Shown: positions 10,431-20,774, counted from the first letter of the stretch. The stretch is 64,000 nt of DNA from Dehalococcoidia bacterium (GCA_965219085.1 OZ244720.1:3104001-3168000); one strand, 5' to 3'. Notes: generated by a model not told the origin, from the sequence alone. Translations and numbers: made by a program.

Positions 10431-11770
10431 CTCCTCGGCGACCTCTCGCTGACGGAGATGCACCGGGTGCATATCGGGCGCCTCGCGCTCGGCGGCGAAT
10501 GCCACGTAGAAAGCGTCGACGGATGTGCCGAACGCAGCCTCGAAGCTTCGGCGCCAGTCTCCGGACGAGCCCAGGGACTGGAAGAACGTGATGAACGCCG
10601 AGCCACCGGTAGAGGATGCGTCGCCCTGAATCGCCGCTGCCTGTTCCTCCAGCGACTCCACAGCCAGCGCGCTGAGGCTGTCCGCGGACGGTCCGGCCCT
10701 ACGATACGGCGCCTCGCCTTCGAGTTGATCGAGGGGTGGAAGCGAGTTCGCCCGGACGTGTGCCCGCCGGTCCACACGCAGCTGCGCTGCGTTTGTCTCG
10801 CCTCGCGCCTGCTGGTCCAGGCCGCTCGCGTAGGCGGAGGCACCCTTCGACAGCCAGGCCGGGACGGCGTGATCGCCTGCCCACTGCCGCTGGAGCAGGT
10901 ATGAGTACTCGCGGATGAGCACAGGCCCGGTCGCGGCCTCCTCTACGACCGGGCGACCCAACACGATCTCGCTACGGGTGGTCGTGACGAGTCCGGAGAG
11001 TCGTGGATCGAGGACCACCGAGAACTCCGGTGGGAGGATCCCGTACTGTTCGGCATAGAGGCCAACACCGAGGCCGTAGCGCCCGGATCTCGGCCTGGTG
11101 CTCGTCTGGGACGTCGCCGGCAACTACGAACTGCGTGCGCGCAGTCCCTGACTGCCACCAGCGCGCGTCCGGGGACAACTCGACCCAGAGCGCGTCGCCC
11201 AGGTACAGCTCGCGCAGCGTGTTGGCGGAGTCCGTCCATCCCGGTCTGTATTGCTCGTACCGTTGCGTTCCCGCGTTCCACAGGGAGAGTCTGGTCAGCG
11301 CGTCCCCGAACCGGGCGACTGTCTCCTCGACCGGCATCCCCTCGCGGCCGGTCCAGCCGACGAGGCTCCGGCCCGCGTGCAGAGACAGCAACACGGGATC
11401 CTCGACCACCGGCCGCGTCCACTGCACTGTTGCCGTGCCGCCGATGTACATCCACACGCCCAGACCCGGCGTGAGCGGCGGGAGACGGCGGTTCGACGGA
11501 TTGTTGCGGGTTGCCCACCCGTATCGCTGATGCTCGCCAAGCCAGACGTAGACGCGCTCCAACTCCGGGACGGCCTCGAACAGCTCGGAGACGGGCGTCT
11601 CCGGTCCGAGCCACCCGAGCATGTTCCAGCCGGGCTGCAGCTCCGTCGTGACCACGTCGCCGCGAGGGCTCGTGACCGGATCCGCCCACGCGGGACGGGC
11701 ACTGGAGGTGAGCGCCACGCTGAGCACGAAGAGGACGAGGGCAGCGCGGAGCGTGTTGGCGAGACGCCTC
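10430..11770 (-). pseudogene. Secreted protein, frameshifted near 11075 and 3'-truncated
   Basis: Signal peptide, two LxxGxxxxGW repeats, then a gluzincin-like segment (REYSYL..PAWLSKGSA) in a second frame. Confidence 0.5.
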
Positions 11771-11934
11771 AATAGGGTCGTTCCCTCACGGCAAGCAGCT
11801 GCGCATCGCCTGGGAGCGCGGCACCTCGCCTGCACGGAGTATACGAACGAGCCTCGCCCCGCGGATTCGCGGCTGAGCGCGCGCCGCCCCCGACGTTCAG
11901 CGTCGGGGGCGGCCCTCGTCGGGCCTGGTCGGCG

Positions 11935-12663
11935 CTAGCCTTGAGCCCGCCGTCGCCTCCCAGTGACGGCCCTTGCCGCCAGCACCACCACGACCGCCGC
12001 GACCGCGACCGCGGCAAGAGCGCTCGCGCCGCTGTCACGTTCCGTGGCCAGGACGCCGTGGCCCGTCACCGGCTGCGCGGGTGCTGCGGCGCTCCCCGTC
12101 GTGCTCGCCATGAGTTGCCGCGGCTCCGTGCTCGTGAAGTCGATATCCCAGACGAACGCGCCATCCTCGATGCGGTCGGCGTTATGTTCGCCGATCTCGC
12201 CCGGCAGCTGGACACGCACACGCCCCCACGCGCCCGCGAGCAGTTCCGGTGGTGGCGGCGCCTCCGTGCCCGAGGGGTCGGCCGTTGGGGCCAGGACGGT
12301 GGCGAATCGCCATCCGCCCTCGCCGTCCGGCTGCAGTTCGAAGTCGGTCGCGAGGGCGTCGGACTCCGACGAACCCATCAGCAGCCCCAGCTGCTGGAGG
12401 TTTGCGAACGGCACCGCCATCTGGATGCCGGTGAAGCCATCTTCGCTGTACTCGCTGATTTCGGCCCCCGGCAGGCCGCCTTCGTCGAGATCGAGGGCCT
12501 GCTCGGTGGTGCTGCCGGTCATCGCCGTGAACTGGTCGCTGATGGCGACGAGCGCGCTCATCACGCCCGATCCGTCCGCGTTCACGGTGAACCCGAGCTC
12601 GTAGCGGATGCAGCCGACCATGGAGAAGGCTGTCACGGCCAGCAACAGGGTGAGCACTCGCAT
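11935..12663 (-). CDS. LppM-like lipoprotein with C-terminal membrane anchor
   Basis: Lipobox MVGC, TVNADGSG, LPGEIGEHNAD, hydrophobic tail followed by RRRR. Confidence 0.65.
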   Translation of the reverse strand: MRVLTLLLAVTAFSMVGCIRYELGFTVNADGSGVMSALVAISDQFTAMTGSTTEQALDLDEGGLPGAEISEYSEDGFTGIQMAVPFANLQQLGLLMGSSESDALATDFELQPDGEGGWRFATVLAPTADPSGTEAPPPPELLAGAWGRVRVQLPGEIGEHNADRIEDGAFVWDIDFTSTEPRQLMASTTGSAAAPAQPVTGHGVLATERDSGASALAAVAVAAVVVVLAARAVTGRRRRAQG

Positions 12664-12841
12664 CCGGCGGATCGCAGCTCTCGTTGGTCCCATATCGGCA
12701 CTCCCATCCGTGCGCGCGCAATCCATATTACGACGAGGAGAGCACAGGTAGCAGGCACCCCGAGGCATCGTCGCTCTGCCGCGGGCGAGACGGCGCGGCG
12801 CGGGGTTGCTACCGTCTGCACGTCGGGAGAGGAGCGCCGCG

Positions 12842-13903
12842 ATGCGCGTGACAGCGATGTATGACCTGCGAGGCGTGATGGGCGACGCCACCGAGTGGGC
12901 GCGGCGGCACGAGGAACTCGGCTTCGACGCCATCCACTTCCCCGAGGTGGCCCGCAACCCGTTCACGTCGCTCACGCTCGCTGCCGAGCACACCGAGTCG
13001 ATCCGCGTCGGCACGAGCGTGGCGATCGCCTTCGCGCGCTCGCCATACGTGATGGCGAACCTGGGCTGGGACCTGCAGGAGTACTCCGGGGGACGGTTGC
13101 TGCTCGGCCTCGGCTCGCAGGTGAAGGGCCACAACGAGCGGCGCTTCTCCGTGCCCTGGGGTCCGCCCACCGCGCGCCTGCGCGAGTACGTCGGGACGAT
13201 GCGCGCGATCTGGCACACATGGCGCACCGGCGAGCGCCCCTCCTACGAGGGCGAGTACTACCGCTACACGCTGGACAGCTACGTGTTCAATCCGGGCCCC
13301 ATCGACTACCCCGACCCGCGGATCGCCATCGCGGCGGTGCGCCCTCGCAACACCGCGCTCGGCGCCGAGATCGCCGACGGCGTGATGTGGCACGGGATGC
13401 TGAGCTGGGCGTACCGGGACCAGGTGCTGCTGCCCGCCATCGAGGAGGGCGCACGTGCCGGGGGCAAGGACCCGAAGGACCTCGTCATCTCCGGTGGTGG
13501 CTTCGTCATCACGGCCCGCGACGAGGAGCGTCTGCAGGCGACACTCGGTGAGGCGCGGCGGCAGATCGCCTTCTACGCCTCGACGCGCACGTACCAGGAC
13601 AGCATCAAGATGGCGGGGTTCGAGGACGAGGGCGCGCTGCTGCACCGCCTCTCGATGGAGCAGCGCTGGGCGGAGATGGCGAAGATCGTCGACGACGACT
13701 TCATGGAGCAGTTCTCCATCGTCGCGACGTGGGACGAGCTGCCCGCGAAGATGGCGGAGCGCTACGCCGGCGTGAACACCGAGGTCGGCTTCGGCGCGGC
13801 TATCGAGACACCCGAGGACGCCGAGCACGCCCGCGAGGTGATCGAGCACCTACGCGCGATCCCGGCCTACGGCGAGGTGGAGCCGGCGGCCGTCTCCCGG
13901 TAG
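12842..13903 (+). CDS. LLM-class (probably F420-dependent) oxidoreductase
   Basis: GTSVAIAFARSP, GRLLLGLGSQVKGHNERRFS, QIAFYASTRTY. Confidence 0.9.
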   Translation: MRVTAMYDLRGVMGDATEWARRHEELGFDAIHFPEVARNPFTSLTLAAEHTESIRVGTSVAIAFARSPYVMANLGWDLQEYSGGRLLLGLGSQVKGHNERRFSVPWGPPTARLREYVGTMRAIWHTWRTGERPSYEGEYYRYTLDSYVFNPGPIDYPDPRIAIAAVRPRNTALGAEIADGVMWHGMLSWAYRDQVLLPAIEEGARAGGKDPKDLVISGGGFVITARDEERLQATLGEARRQIAFYASTRTYQDSIKMAGFEDEGALLHRLSMEQRWAEMAKIVDDDFMEQFSIVATWDELPAKMAERYAGVNTEVGFGAAIETPEDAEHAREVIEHLRAIPAYGEVEPAAVSR

Positions 13904-13924
13904 GTGACTGCGCCCTGAGCAGAG

Positions 13925-14170
13925 CTACGCGGCCGCGAACCGACCGACTGGACGCAGCGCCTCGCGGATCAGCGCCTCGTCGCTCGCGTCGATTCCCTCG
14001 AGCGAGACACCCCGGCTGACCGCGAGGAACTCGTACGCAAAGACGTTGCCCGCTCGATCAAGGTGAGCGATGCGCGTCTCGTCGAGGCGTTTGCCGCGCG
14101 CCTCACCACCCTCGGCGGTTCGGAGCGCGAGGAAGATCACATCGGCTTCGGAGTCGTAGCGGAGCTGCAT
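13925..14170 (-). CDS. DUF2283-family small protein
   Basis: MQLRYDSEADVIFL...LDRAGNVFAYEFL signature. Confidence 0.7.
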   Translation of the reverse strand: MQLRYDSEADVIFLALRTAEGGEARGKRLDETRIAHLDRAGNVFAYEFLAVSRGVSLEGIDASDEALIREALRPVGRFAAA

Positions 14171-14203
14171 GCCGACCTGGTGCGCAGGTAGCGTCGAGGG
14201 GCG

Positions 14204-14653
14204 CTACGCGCGGGAAGGCAGCAGCACCATGCCCGTCGCGCGGGTCGCCATGCCCTCGCGGTCGTTCTGGATCGAGAGCTCGATCTCGACGACGTTGCCG
14301 TCCTCGGTCTGCTCCTTGCCGACGACCTCACCGCTCACCACGATCGTATCGTCCGGCATGTTCATACGGCGCATCTCGAAGTGGAGCTTGCGCACCCAGC
14401 CATCGGGGCCGGCGTAGTCGGAGAGCAGCCGGTAGAGGTTCGCGCGCGTCCAGCCGGTGTTGTAGAAGATCGTGCGGTGACCGCCCGACTGGGCGAACGG
14501 CGGGTCGTGGTGGACGGCGTAGAAGTCCTGCGAGCCGCTGACCTGCTTCACCATCTCGGTCCACGTGAGCTCGTAGCTGAAGCCCGCGATCTCGTCGCCG
14601 ACCTCCACGTCCTCGAAGTAGGTCTGCGGCAGCGGGTCGAGCTTGACGGCCAT
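14204..14653 (-). CDS. MaoC-family dehydratase
   Basis: YFEDVEVGD, QDFYAVHHDPPFA hydratase motif. Confidence 0.85.
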   Translation of the reverse strand: MAVKLDPLPQTYFEDVEVGDEIAGFSYELTWTEMVKQVSGSQDFYAVHHDPPFAQSGGHRTIFYNTGWTRANLYRLLSDYAGPDGWVRKLHFEMRRMNMPDDTIVVSGEVVGKEQTEDGNVVEIELSIQNDREGMATRATGMVLLPSRA

Positions 14654-14679
14654 GATGTGTCCTCCCTCGCGAGGTGCGC

Positions 14680-15255
14680 TTACTTGGTCTGCAGGCCGAG
14701 CGGGTCGGGGTCGGCTTCGACCTCGGCCGGCTCGCGGTGGCGCAGGCCGGTGTTGCGGCTCATGGCCACCAGTTCGTCGTCCTGGTTGTAGAAGCGCGTC
14801 TCGTTCACGATCCAGATGGCGTTCGGATCGAGGCGGATGGGCTTCACGAACACGTCGGCCACCGAGGGCTGCGACCACAGCCGGTCGCCGATCCTGATCG
14901 GCCGCAGGAACTCCCACGTCGTGCTCAAGTTGATGGCGCGATCACCGAGCGCCGGCACGTCGAGCTCATCGTCGCCGCGGTCCGGCAGCGCCTGGCCCCC
15001 GTTCCAGGACGGCCACGTGCCGTCGCCGGCGAAGTAGTCCGCCATCACGCCGGGGGCGATGTTGTCGCCGTACTGGCTGTCGCGGCCGTACGCGGGGTCG
15101 ATGAACAGCGGGTTGGCGCCGTAGCACATGTGCTCATGGCGCCGAATGGGGTCATGCTCGACCGGGTAGAGCCCGTCGGAGCGCTCGCCCATCCTGCCGA
15201 TGTAGTCGGCGCGGATCTGGTCGATGTCGAAGTCTTCCGGGGCGACCTTGCCCAT
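14680..15255 (-). CDS. MaoC-like hot-dog dehydratase partner subunit
   Basis: NPLFIDPAYG, IAP, WEFLRPIRIGD, NQDDELVA. Confidence 0.8.
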   Translation of the reverse strand: MGKVAPEDFDIDQIRADYIGRMGERSDGLYPVEHDPIRRHEHMCYGANPLFIDPAYGRDSQYGDNIAPGVMADYFAGDGTWPSWNGGQALPDRGDDELDVPALGDRAINLSTTWEFLRPIRIGDRLWSQPSVADVFVKPIRLDPNAIWIVNETRFYNQDDELVAMSRNTGLRHREPAEVEADPDPLGLQTK

Positions 15256-15350
15256 GCGCCTCCCCTTTCGTGTAGTGCTCGATTGCGGCGCCAGCATACC
15301 GTATGACGCCCGGTGATGGCTCGGTAGTCATGGGTCGTACGCCCCGCTCG

Positions 15351-16958
15351 CTACTGGATGCGCCAGAGCTCGCTCTCGGGGAAGAACACGAACCAGCCGA
15401 GCCAGAAGGCGATGTGCCCGTTGATGCGCTCCAGGCGTTCGCCCGAGGGGCCGACGAGCGCCTCCTCGGTCACCGTCCACGCTCCCCCATCCTCGTCGAG
15501 GATGGTGTCGGGATCGGGCCCCGGCGAGAAGCTGTTGCGCCCGCGCTCGAACGATCGGACCTCGCCCCCGTAGTCGTAGTTCGGCCACGGGATGCGCAGC
15601 ACGATGTCCTCGACGTCGGCGAGGCCGCGCGTGGCGACGAGCACGATCGGCGAGCCGGCGAAATCGTCGTTGAGGACCTGCTCCCGCGCGAGGTCGTCGA
15701 TGACCCAGGCCTTGCGGATGCCGCCGAGGCGCAGCCCGTAGACGCGCTGCTTGGGGTGCAGTTCGTCGCTCTGCCGGAACACCGGGAAGCGAATCTCGTT
15801 GGTGCGGAAGTAGTCGCCATAGGGCTGCCCGAAGATCTCGTAGAGGCGGTCGTGGCCGGTCCGGACGTCCAGCACCTCGGTCTCCGGGTGCTGTCCGAGC
15901 CAGTCGCGCCACGAGGTCGTCACGACGGGCAGGAGCTCGAGCTGTAGCGGGTCGGCGCCGGCTGCCGGTTCCACGGCGAGGGGACCGATCACGGGCCTGC
16001 CGGTGAACTGGTTCCACAGCGTGCGCGTCGTGCGGTCGTACATCAGCTTGTTGCTGCGGTAGAGCAGGCCCGAGGTGCCGAAGACGTAGGTGTTCCCGTC
16101 GGGCGCGCGGCCATCAAACGCGATGGCCGCTCCGCAGAGCGTGCAGTAGGCGAGCGAGACCGGGACGCCGCCGACCACGTCGTTGGAGAGTTCGTGCCAG
16201 TCCATGATGCGCACCGGGTACGCCATCGCCTCGCCGTTCAGCGCGATGCCGAAGACAGGTTCGTTGGGATCGAGGTAGCTGGCGTCGTCGGGGCTCAGGC
16301 GCCTCGGGTTGTCGAGACTCGGGATCCCGTCGACGCGCACCCCGCCCCACAGCACCTCTTCGACGCGGATGGTCGCGGGCGCGTCGGGCGCGAGGAATCC
16401 CGCGAACAGCGGGTCGATGCGCGAGATCAGCTGGCCCTTCCAACCGGTGAAGCCCGGCGGCGGTTCCAGGTCGGTGCGGGCGTACCAGTCGAACCACCCG
16501 TACCAGTGCGGCCCCAGGTCCACGCCGGACAGCGCGATGAGCGCGTCCTGGATGACGCGCAGCGATTCGATCCCCTGCACACTGCGATTGAAGCTGGCGC
16601 GGATGATCTCGATGAACGGGGCGATGAACCGGTAGTCCCGCGCTTCGAGGATGCGGTCGGTCGTGGTGATGGTGAGCTCGAGATTCCTGCCGGCTTCCAG
16701 CAGGTTCTCGAGCAGCTGGCGCGCCTCGGCGTCCGGGATGGCGGGCGTCGGCGTCGGCTCGGGCGTGGGCGCCGCCGCGGTAGCCTCGACCGCCTCCTCG
16801 ACCGTCTCCGCGACCGCCTCCTCGACCGGCTCCTCGGCGGGCTCGTCGCCCGTGCAGGCGGCGACGAACAGCAGGGCGAGCGCGAGCGCGGCGACGGCGA
16901 GTCGCCGCAGGGTCGAGATTGTGCTGGGGCCAGAACGCCCGTCGGGTCGAGCGCGCAC
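15351..16958 (-). CDS. DUF3179-family lipoprotein
   Basis: Lipobox VAAC; WGGVRVDGIPSL, AYP..WHE..ND, YCTLC, FGTSGLLYRSNKLMYDR, FWLGW; start uncertain. Confidence 0.85.
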   Translation of the reverse strand: MRARPDGRSGPSTISTLRRLAVAALALALLFVAACTGDEPAEEPVEEAVAETVEEAVEATAAAPTPEPTPTPAIPDAEARQLLENLLEAGRNLELTITTTDRILEARDYRFIAPFIEIIRASFNRSVQGIESLRVIQDALIALSGVDLGPHWYGWFDWYARTDLEPPPGFTGWKGQLISRIDPLFAGFLAPDAPATIRVEEVLWGGVRVDGIPSLDNPRRLSPDDASYLDPNEPVFGIALNGEAMAYPVRIMDWHELSNDVVGGVPVSLAYCTLCGAAIAFDGRAPDGNTYVFGTSGLLYRSNKLMYDRTTRTLWNQFTGRPVIGPLAVEPAAGADPLQLELLPVVTTSWRDWLGQHPETEVLDVRTGHDRLYEIFGQPYGDYFRTNEIRFPVFRQSDELHPKQRVYGLRLGGIRKAWVIDDLAREQVLNDDFAGSPIVLVATRGLADVEDIVLRIPWPNYDYGGEVRSFERGRNSFSPGPDPDTILDEDGGAWTVTEEALVGPSGERLERINGHIAFWLGWFVFFPESELWRIQ

Positions 16959-17035
16959 GGGCGCTCCTCTCAGGAGCGGGGTGGCAACGCCTGCGCTACC
17001 AGCGTATCACCGGCGCGGGTGCGTCCTCGTGCGGG

Positions 17036-17362
17036 CTAGCGGACGAGGGCCCGTTCGACCGTCTCGGCGAGCCAGGCGTTCAGGCTCTTGCCCTCGGCCC
17101 GGGCCGTCTCAGTAGCCGCCCGGTGCAGTTCGGGTTGGATCCTCAACGGGATCTTGCCTGAGTAGGACTTGTCCGGAGTCCGCCCTCGTTCGGCGCACAC
17201 CTTGAGGTATTCGTCCACGGACGCTGCGAACGCCTCGTTCAATTCGGGGACCGAGGTTCCCTGGAACGTGATGACGTCGCGCGTGCCGACCACCTCGCCG
17301 TGGAACAGCCCCGCCTCGTCGTCGAACACGACCGCAGCGCGGTACCCGCCGTACTCCAACAT
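17036..17362 (-). CDS. hicB: HicB-family antitoxin
   Basis: YGGY, FHGEVVGTRDVITFQG, SVDEYL, SGKIPLRI, SLNAW. Confidence 0.9.
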   Translation of the reverse strand: MLEYGGYRAAVVFDDEAGLFHGEVVGTRDVITFQGTSVPELNEAFAASVDEYLKVCAERGRTPDKSYSGKIPLRIQPELHRAATETARAEGKSLNAWLAETVERALVR

Positions 17363-17373
17363 GTGCCTGGCCC

Positions 17374-17620
17374 CTACTCGCTAGGCCGAACCCCTGCCGC
17401 TGCGAGGAACCTCCGTACCGCCGCTACCGATCCCTTGTTGGTTTCTTTGCGCGGATGGGGGCGGTGGAAGATGGCGATCACTCCGTTCAGCTCGACCGCC
17501 ACGCGGGAGCTGGCCCGCTCCTCCACATCCGCGCCGCACGCTCGCAGAAGCGACTCGATGTCGTCCCGGCGGATGCCCGCCTGCACCGGCTGCCGAAAGA
17601 CAGCCGGTGGCGAGTGACGG
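17374..17620 (-). pseudogene. hicA: HicA-family toxin lacking a plausible start codon
   Basis: DIESLL..GA, SRVAVELNG, FHRPHP; N-terminus abuts the upstream gene's stop. Confidence 0.7.
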
Positions 17621-17624
17621 CGCG

Positions 17625-18038
17625 CTACGCAGGCTCGAACACCGGGATCGGGTACTCGCCCTCGTCTTGCTCCTCGAACGCCACGCGCACGCGCATCCCG
17701 CACTCGATGTCCTGCGTCGGGTCGTCGATGCCGACGACGTTCGTGAAGACACGGAACCCCTCGTCGAGGTCCACGTACGCGACGGCGTACGCGCCGAGGT
17801 CTGCGAAACGCGGATTCCTGTTCTGGCGTACCACCGAGTAGGTGTAGACCGTGCCCTCGCCGCTAGACGTGTGCGACGCGAGGTCACCTGATCCACAGCT
17901 CGTGCAGTGCAGCCGGGGCGTGAACACGACCTCCTCGCAGGCGTTGCATTGCTGGTAGCGCAGTTCGCGCTGCTGGACGCCCTCCCAGTACGAGGCGGTG
18001 TTCGGCTCGGGGAATCGTGGTTGTGGTCGGTTTGGCAT
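17625..18038 (-). CDS. Zn-ribbon/OB-fold (DUF35) protein
   Basis: CxxC...CxxC, GTVYTYSVV, VDLDEG. Confidence 0.9.
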   Translation of the reverse strand: MPNRPQPRFPEPNTASYWEGVQQRELRYQQCNACEEVVFTPRLHCTSCGSGDLASHTSSGEGTVYTYSVVRQNRNPRFADLGAYAVAYVDLDEGFRVFTNVVGIDDPTQDIECGMRVRVAFEEQDEGEYPIPVFEPA

Positions 18039-18079
18039 TGCTGTTCTCCCGTTGTGTTGGCTGGTCGGAGCGGTCGACG

Positions 18080-19282
18080 CTAGTCGCGCGCGAGGATGAC
18101 GGTGCCGCCGGAGTGCGACCCGCCCAGCGTGCCGCCGGTGCCGTGCGCCACCGCCAGGCTCGCGCCGTCGACCTGCGAGGTCGACTCGCCACGCAGCTGC
18201 CGCGCCGACTCGAGCAGCAGGAAGAGCCCGCGCATGCCCGGGTGGTTCGAGGACAGACCGCCGCCGTCGGTGTTGAGCGTTGGCTTCAGCCGGTTGTCGA
18301 AGCGCAGCCGGCCACCCTGCACGAAGTCGCCGATCTCGCCCTTGCCGCAGAACCCGAGGTCCTCGAGACACGCCGCCGTGGTGATCGAGAACGAGTCGTA
18401 GATCATCGCGATGTCGATCTCGTCCGGCGTGATGCCGGCCTGCCCGTAGGCGATCGGCGCGCTCTGCGCGCCCGCGGTGGTGGTGATGTCGCCGCCGTTC
18501 TCGCGGTACTTCGTGGCCTCGCCCGTGCCGAGGATCCAGACGGGCGGCTTGTTGATGTCCTGCACCACCTCGGGCGAGACGATCACGAGCGCGCCGCCGC
18601 CGTCGCTGACCATGCAGCATTCGAGGAGGTGCAGCGGGTCGGCGATGACGCGCGAGTCGAGCACCTCGTCGATCGTGATCTCGCTGACGGGGTGGACCGC
18701 GCCGAACTCGAGGTCGTTCATCGCCTTGACGGCCTCGGGGTTGCGCATCGCGTGCGCGCGGGTGACCACGGAGAGCTCGGCGAAGGCCTCCTCGGGCGTG
18801 CCGTACTCGTGCATGTGCCGCATCTTCACCATCGCGTAGCCGGAGATGAGCGTGAGGCCGTACGGGTCTTCCATGTTGCCCTGCCAGTTGGCGGGGCCCT
18901 GGCCGGTCATGCCGCCCGTGCCGATGGCGCGGCGCTCGGAGTGCGACGTCGAGCCGTAGCTGAGCACCGCGATCTTGCACGCGCCCGCGGCGATGTCGCG
19001 CAGGGCGTGCGCGGTCTGGAACTCGAACGCCGAGCCACCGACCTGCGTGGTGTCCGTGACGGTGGGGTTGATGCCCATGTAGGCGGCCATGCCGAGGCCG
19101 CCGCCGCCCTCGCCCTCGTCGCAGTCGTAGAGGCCGTCGACGTCGGACCATTCGAGGCCGGCGTCCTGTAGGGCCGCGCGGATCGACTCGATCTTGATCT
19201 GCATCGAGTTGACGCCGGGTGCGACGCGCAACGGGTATTCGTGGATGCCGGCGATTGCCGCCAGGCGACTCTGGGTGGCCAT
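18080..19282 (-). CDS. SCP2/Ltp2-type thiolase-superfamily protein
   Basis: IADPLHLLECCMVSDGG, IYDSF, NTDGGGLS, HPG. Confidence 0.9.
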   Translation of the reverse strand: MATQSRLAAIAGIHEYPLRVAPGVNSMQIKIESIRAALQDAGLEWSDVDGLYDCDEGEGGGGLGMAAYMGINPTVTDTTQVGGSAFEFQTAHALRDIAAGACKIAVLSYGSTSHSERRAIGTGGMTGQGPANWQGNMEDPYGLTLISGYAMVKMRHMHEYGTPEEAFAELSVVTRAHAMRNPEAVKAMNDLEFGAVHPVSEITIDEVLDSRVIADPLHLLECCMVSDGGGALVIVSPEVVQDINKPPVWILGTGEATKYRENGGDITTTAGAQSAPIAYGQAGITPDEIDIAMIYDSFSITTAACLEDLGFCGKGEIGDFVQGGRLRFDNRLKPTLNTDGGGLSSNHPGMRGLFLLLESARQLRGESTSQVDGASLAVAHGTGGTLGGSHSGGTVILARD

Positions 19283-19380
19283 ACGTGACTCCTTCGACGG
19301 GCGCCGCGAGGATGCGACGCGTTACGCCGCGCACTACAGCACTCGCACGCGAGCGCGTCAACGCCGGGCCAGAGATCACG

Positions 19381-19698
19381 CTACGTGGTGCGGACAGGCT
19401 CCACGGAAGCCAGGCGCTGGGAGAGCCGATCGCTCGCGACCTCAAGTTCGTACTGAGTCTGCAGGCCCATCCAAAACTCGGCGCTGTTACCGAAGTACCT
19501 TGAGAGCAGCAGCGCTGTTTCCGCGGTGATGGAGCGTTCTCCGTGCACGATCGCGTGGACGCGGCGCGCGTCAACGCCAATCGCCTTGGCGAGCCGGTAC
19601 TGGCTGATGTTCATGGGGATGAGGAACTCCTCGTTGAGGATTTCCCCAGGGTGGATGGGAGGCAGCCTGCTCTCTTGGAGTGCCGTTGTGATGGTCAT
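19381..19698 (-). CDS. higA: HigA-family antitoxin
   Basis: PIHPGEIL, HTH, ITAETA, FWMGLQ. Confidence 0.92.
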   Translation of the reverse strand: MTITTALQESRLPPIHPGEILNEEFLIPMNISQYRLAKAIGVDARRVHAIVHGERSITAETALLLSRYFGNSAEFWMGLQTQYELEVASDRLSQRLASVEPVRTT

Positions 19699-19723
19699 GG
19701 TAGTCCCGCTTTCCGCTCCGGTC

Positions 19724-20005
19724 TCAATGGTAGTCGACGATCTCGACTCCATAAGGGTTCCCGTCGATCCATACGAAACAGATACGCCATTGGTCATTGA
19801 TGCGGATACTGTGCTGACCCGCACGATCCCCTGAGAGCGCCTGCAGGCGATTCCCTGGAGGTACTCTCAGGTCATTCAAGTATCGAGCTCGATTCAGCAT
19901 TGTTAGTTTCCGCTGCGCGCGCAACTGAATGTCAGGAGGTATCTTCCTGACACGTCGCCGCTCAGCAACTGACTGAGTGTCCCGGTCCCGGAAGCTCCCG
20001 ATCAC
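19724..20005 (-). CDS. higB: HigB/RelE-family toxin
   Basis: MIGSF, DLRVPPGNRL, GQHSIRINDQWRICF, EIVDYH. Confidence 0.92.
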   Translation of the reverse strand: MIGSFRDRDTQSVAERRRVRKIPPDIQLRAQRKLTMLNRARYLNDLRVPPGNRLQALSGDRAGQHSIRINDQWRICFVWIDGNPYGVEIVDYH

Positions 20006-20015
20006 AAGCCAATAC

Positions 20016-20049
20016 TAGCGCAACGCACTAATAGCGTATACCACTATTA
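20016..20049 (-). promoter_or_regulatory. Putative higBA promoter/operator
   Basis: AT-rich patch with inverted repeat TAATAG-N9-CTATTA (20029-20049) and an adjacent imperfect palindrome, just upstream of higB. Confidence 0.55.
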
Positions 20050-20126
20050 TAATCAGGATGTGTGGCGGCGCGGCAAGGGATCGACCCCGCCTTGCTCGCC
20101 CCGCGAGCCACGGCTACGGTTCGGCG

Positions 20127-20765
20127 ATGCGCGTGGGTCTCATCTCCGATACGCACCTGCCCTCCCTCATCCGCCACCTCGACGGGCTCGGGCCGGAGCC
20201 TGCCGCGTTCCTCGCCAGCGTCGACCTGATCCTGCACGCCGGCGACATCAGCACCCGCACCGTGCTCGATTGGTGCGAGCAGTTCGCACCCGTCCTCGCC
20301 GCCCGCGGCAACCACGATGTGTTCGACGACCCCCGCCTGGCCGACCGCCAGGTGCTCGAACTCGAGGGCTGGCGGATCGGCATGACACACGACCTGCGCC
20401 CGCGAGCCGCCTCCCCCGCCGAGCTGGCCGCCCTGCACTTCGACGGGGCCGACCTCGACGTGATGATCGCGGGCGACACGCACGTCGAGTGGCTGACGCA
20501 TCGCGAGGGCGTGGTGCTGATGAACTCGGGCAGCCCGAACTTGCCCCACAACAAGGAGACGCGGCTCGGCACCGTCGGCCTGCTCGAACTCGAACGCGGG
20601 CGCCTGCACGCCGAGATCGTGATGCTGGGCGAGACGACGGGGCGGCTCAATCCCGGCACGCCCCAGCACCTCGAGATCGAGGACGGCAGCGTCATCAGCC
20701 ACTCCTATGGCGATGGCGGCTCGCCCGTGGCCCCGGATACGGCGTCCGGCGCCGGCGACGGGTAG
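20127..20765 (+). CDS. YfcE/MJ0936-like metallophosphoesterase
   Basis: SDTH, HAGD, GNHD, GDTH, NSGS motifs. Confidence 0.88.
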   Translation: MRVGLISDTHLPSLIRHLDGLGPEPAAFLASVDLILHAGDISTRTVLDWCEQFAPVLAARGNHDVFDDPRLADRQVLELEGWRIGMTHDLRPRAASPAELAALHFDGADLDVMIAGDTHVEWLTHREGVVLMNSGSPNLPHNKETRLGTVGLLELERGRLHAEIVMLGETTGRLNPGTPQHLEIEDGSVISHSYGDGGSPVAPDTASGAGDG

Positions 20766-20774
20766 GCCGGAGCG

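Noticed and set aside
17625-19580. Long alternative ORFs (e.g. 17625..19580, 20028..21683, 37673..39058, 53784..55520)
   Set aside because: Arg/Ala/Pro-rich shadow frames of high-GC genes; only the 3' ends of 17625..19580 and 37673..39058 are real genes.
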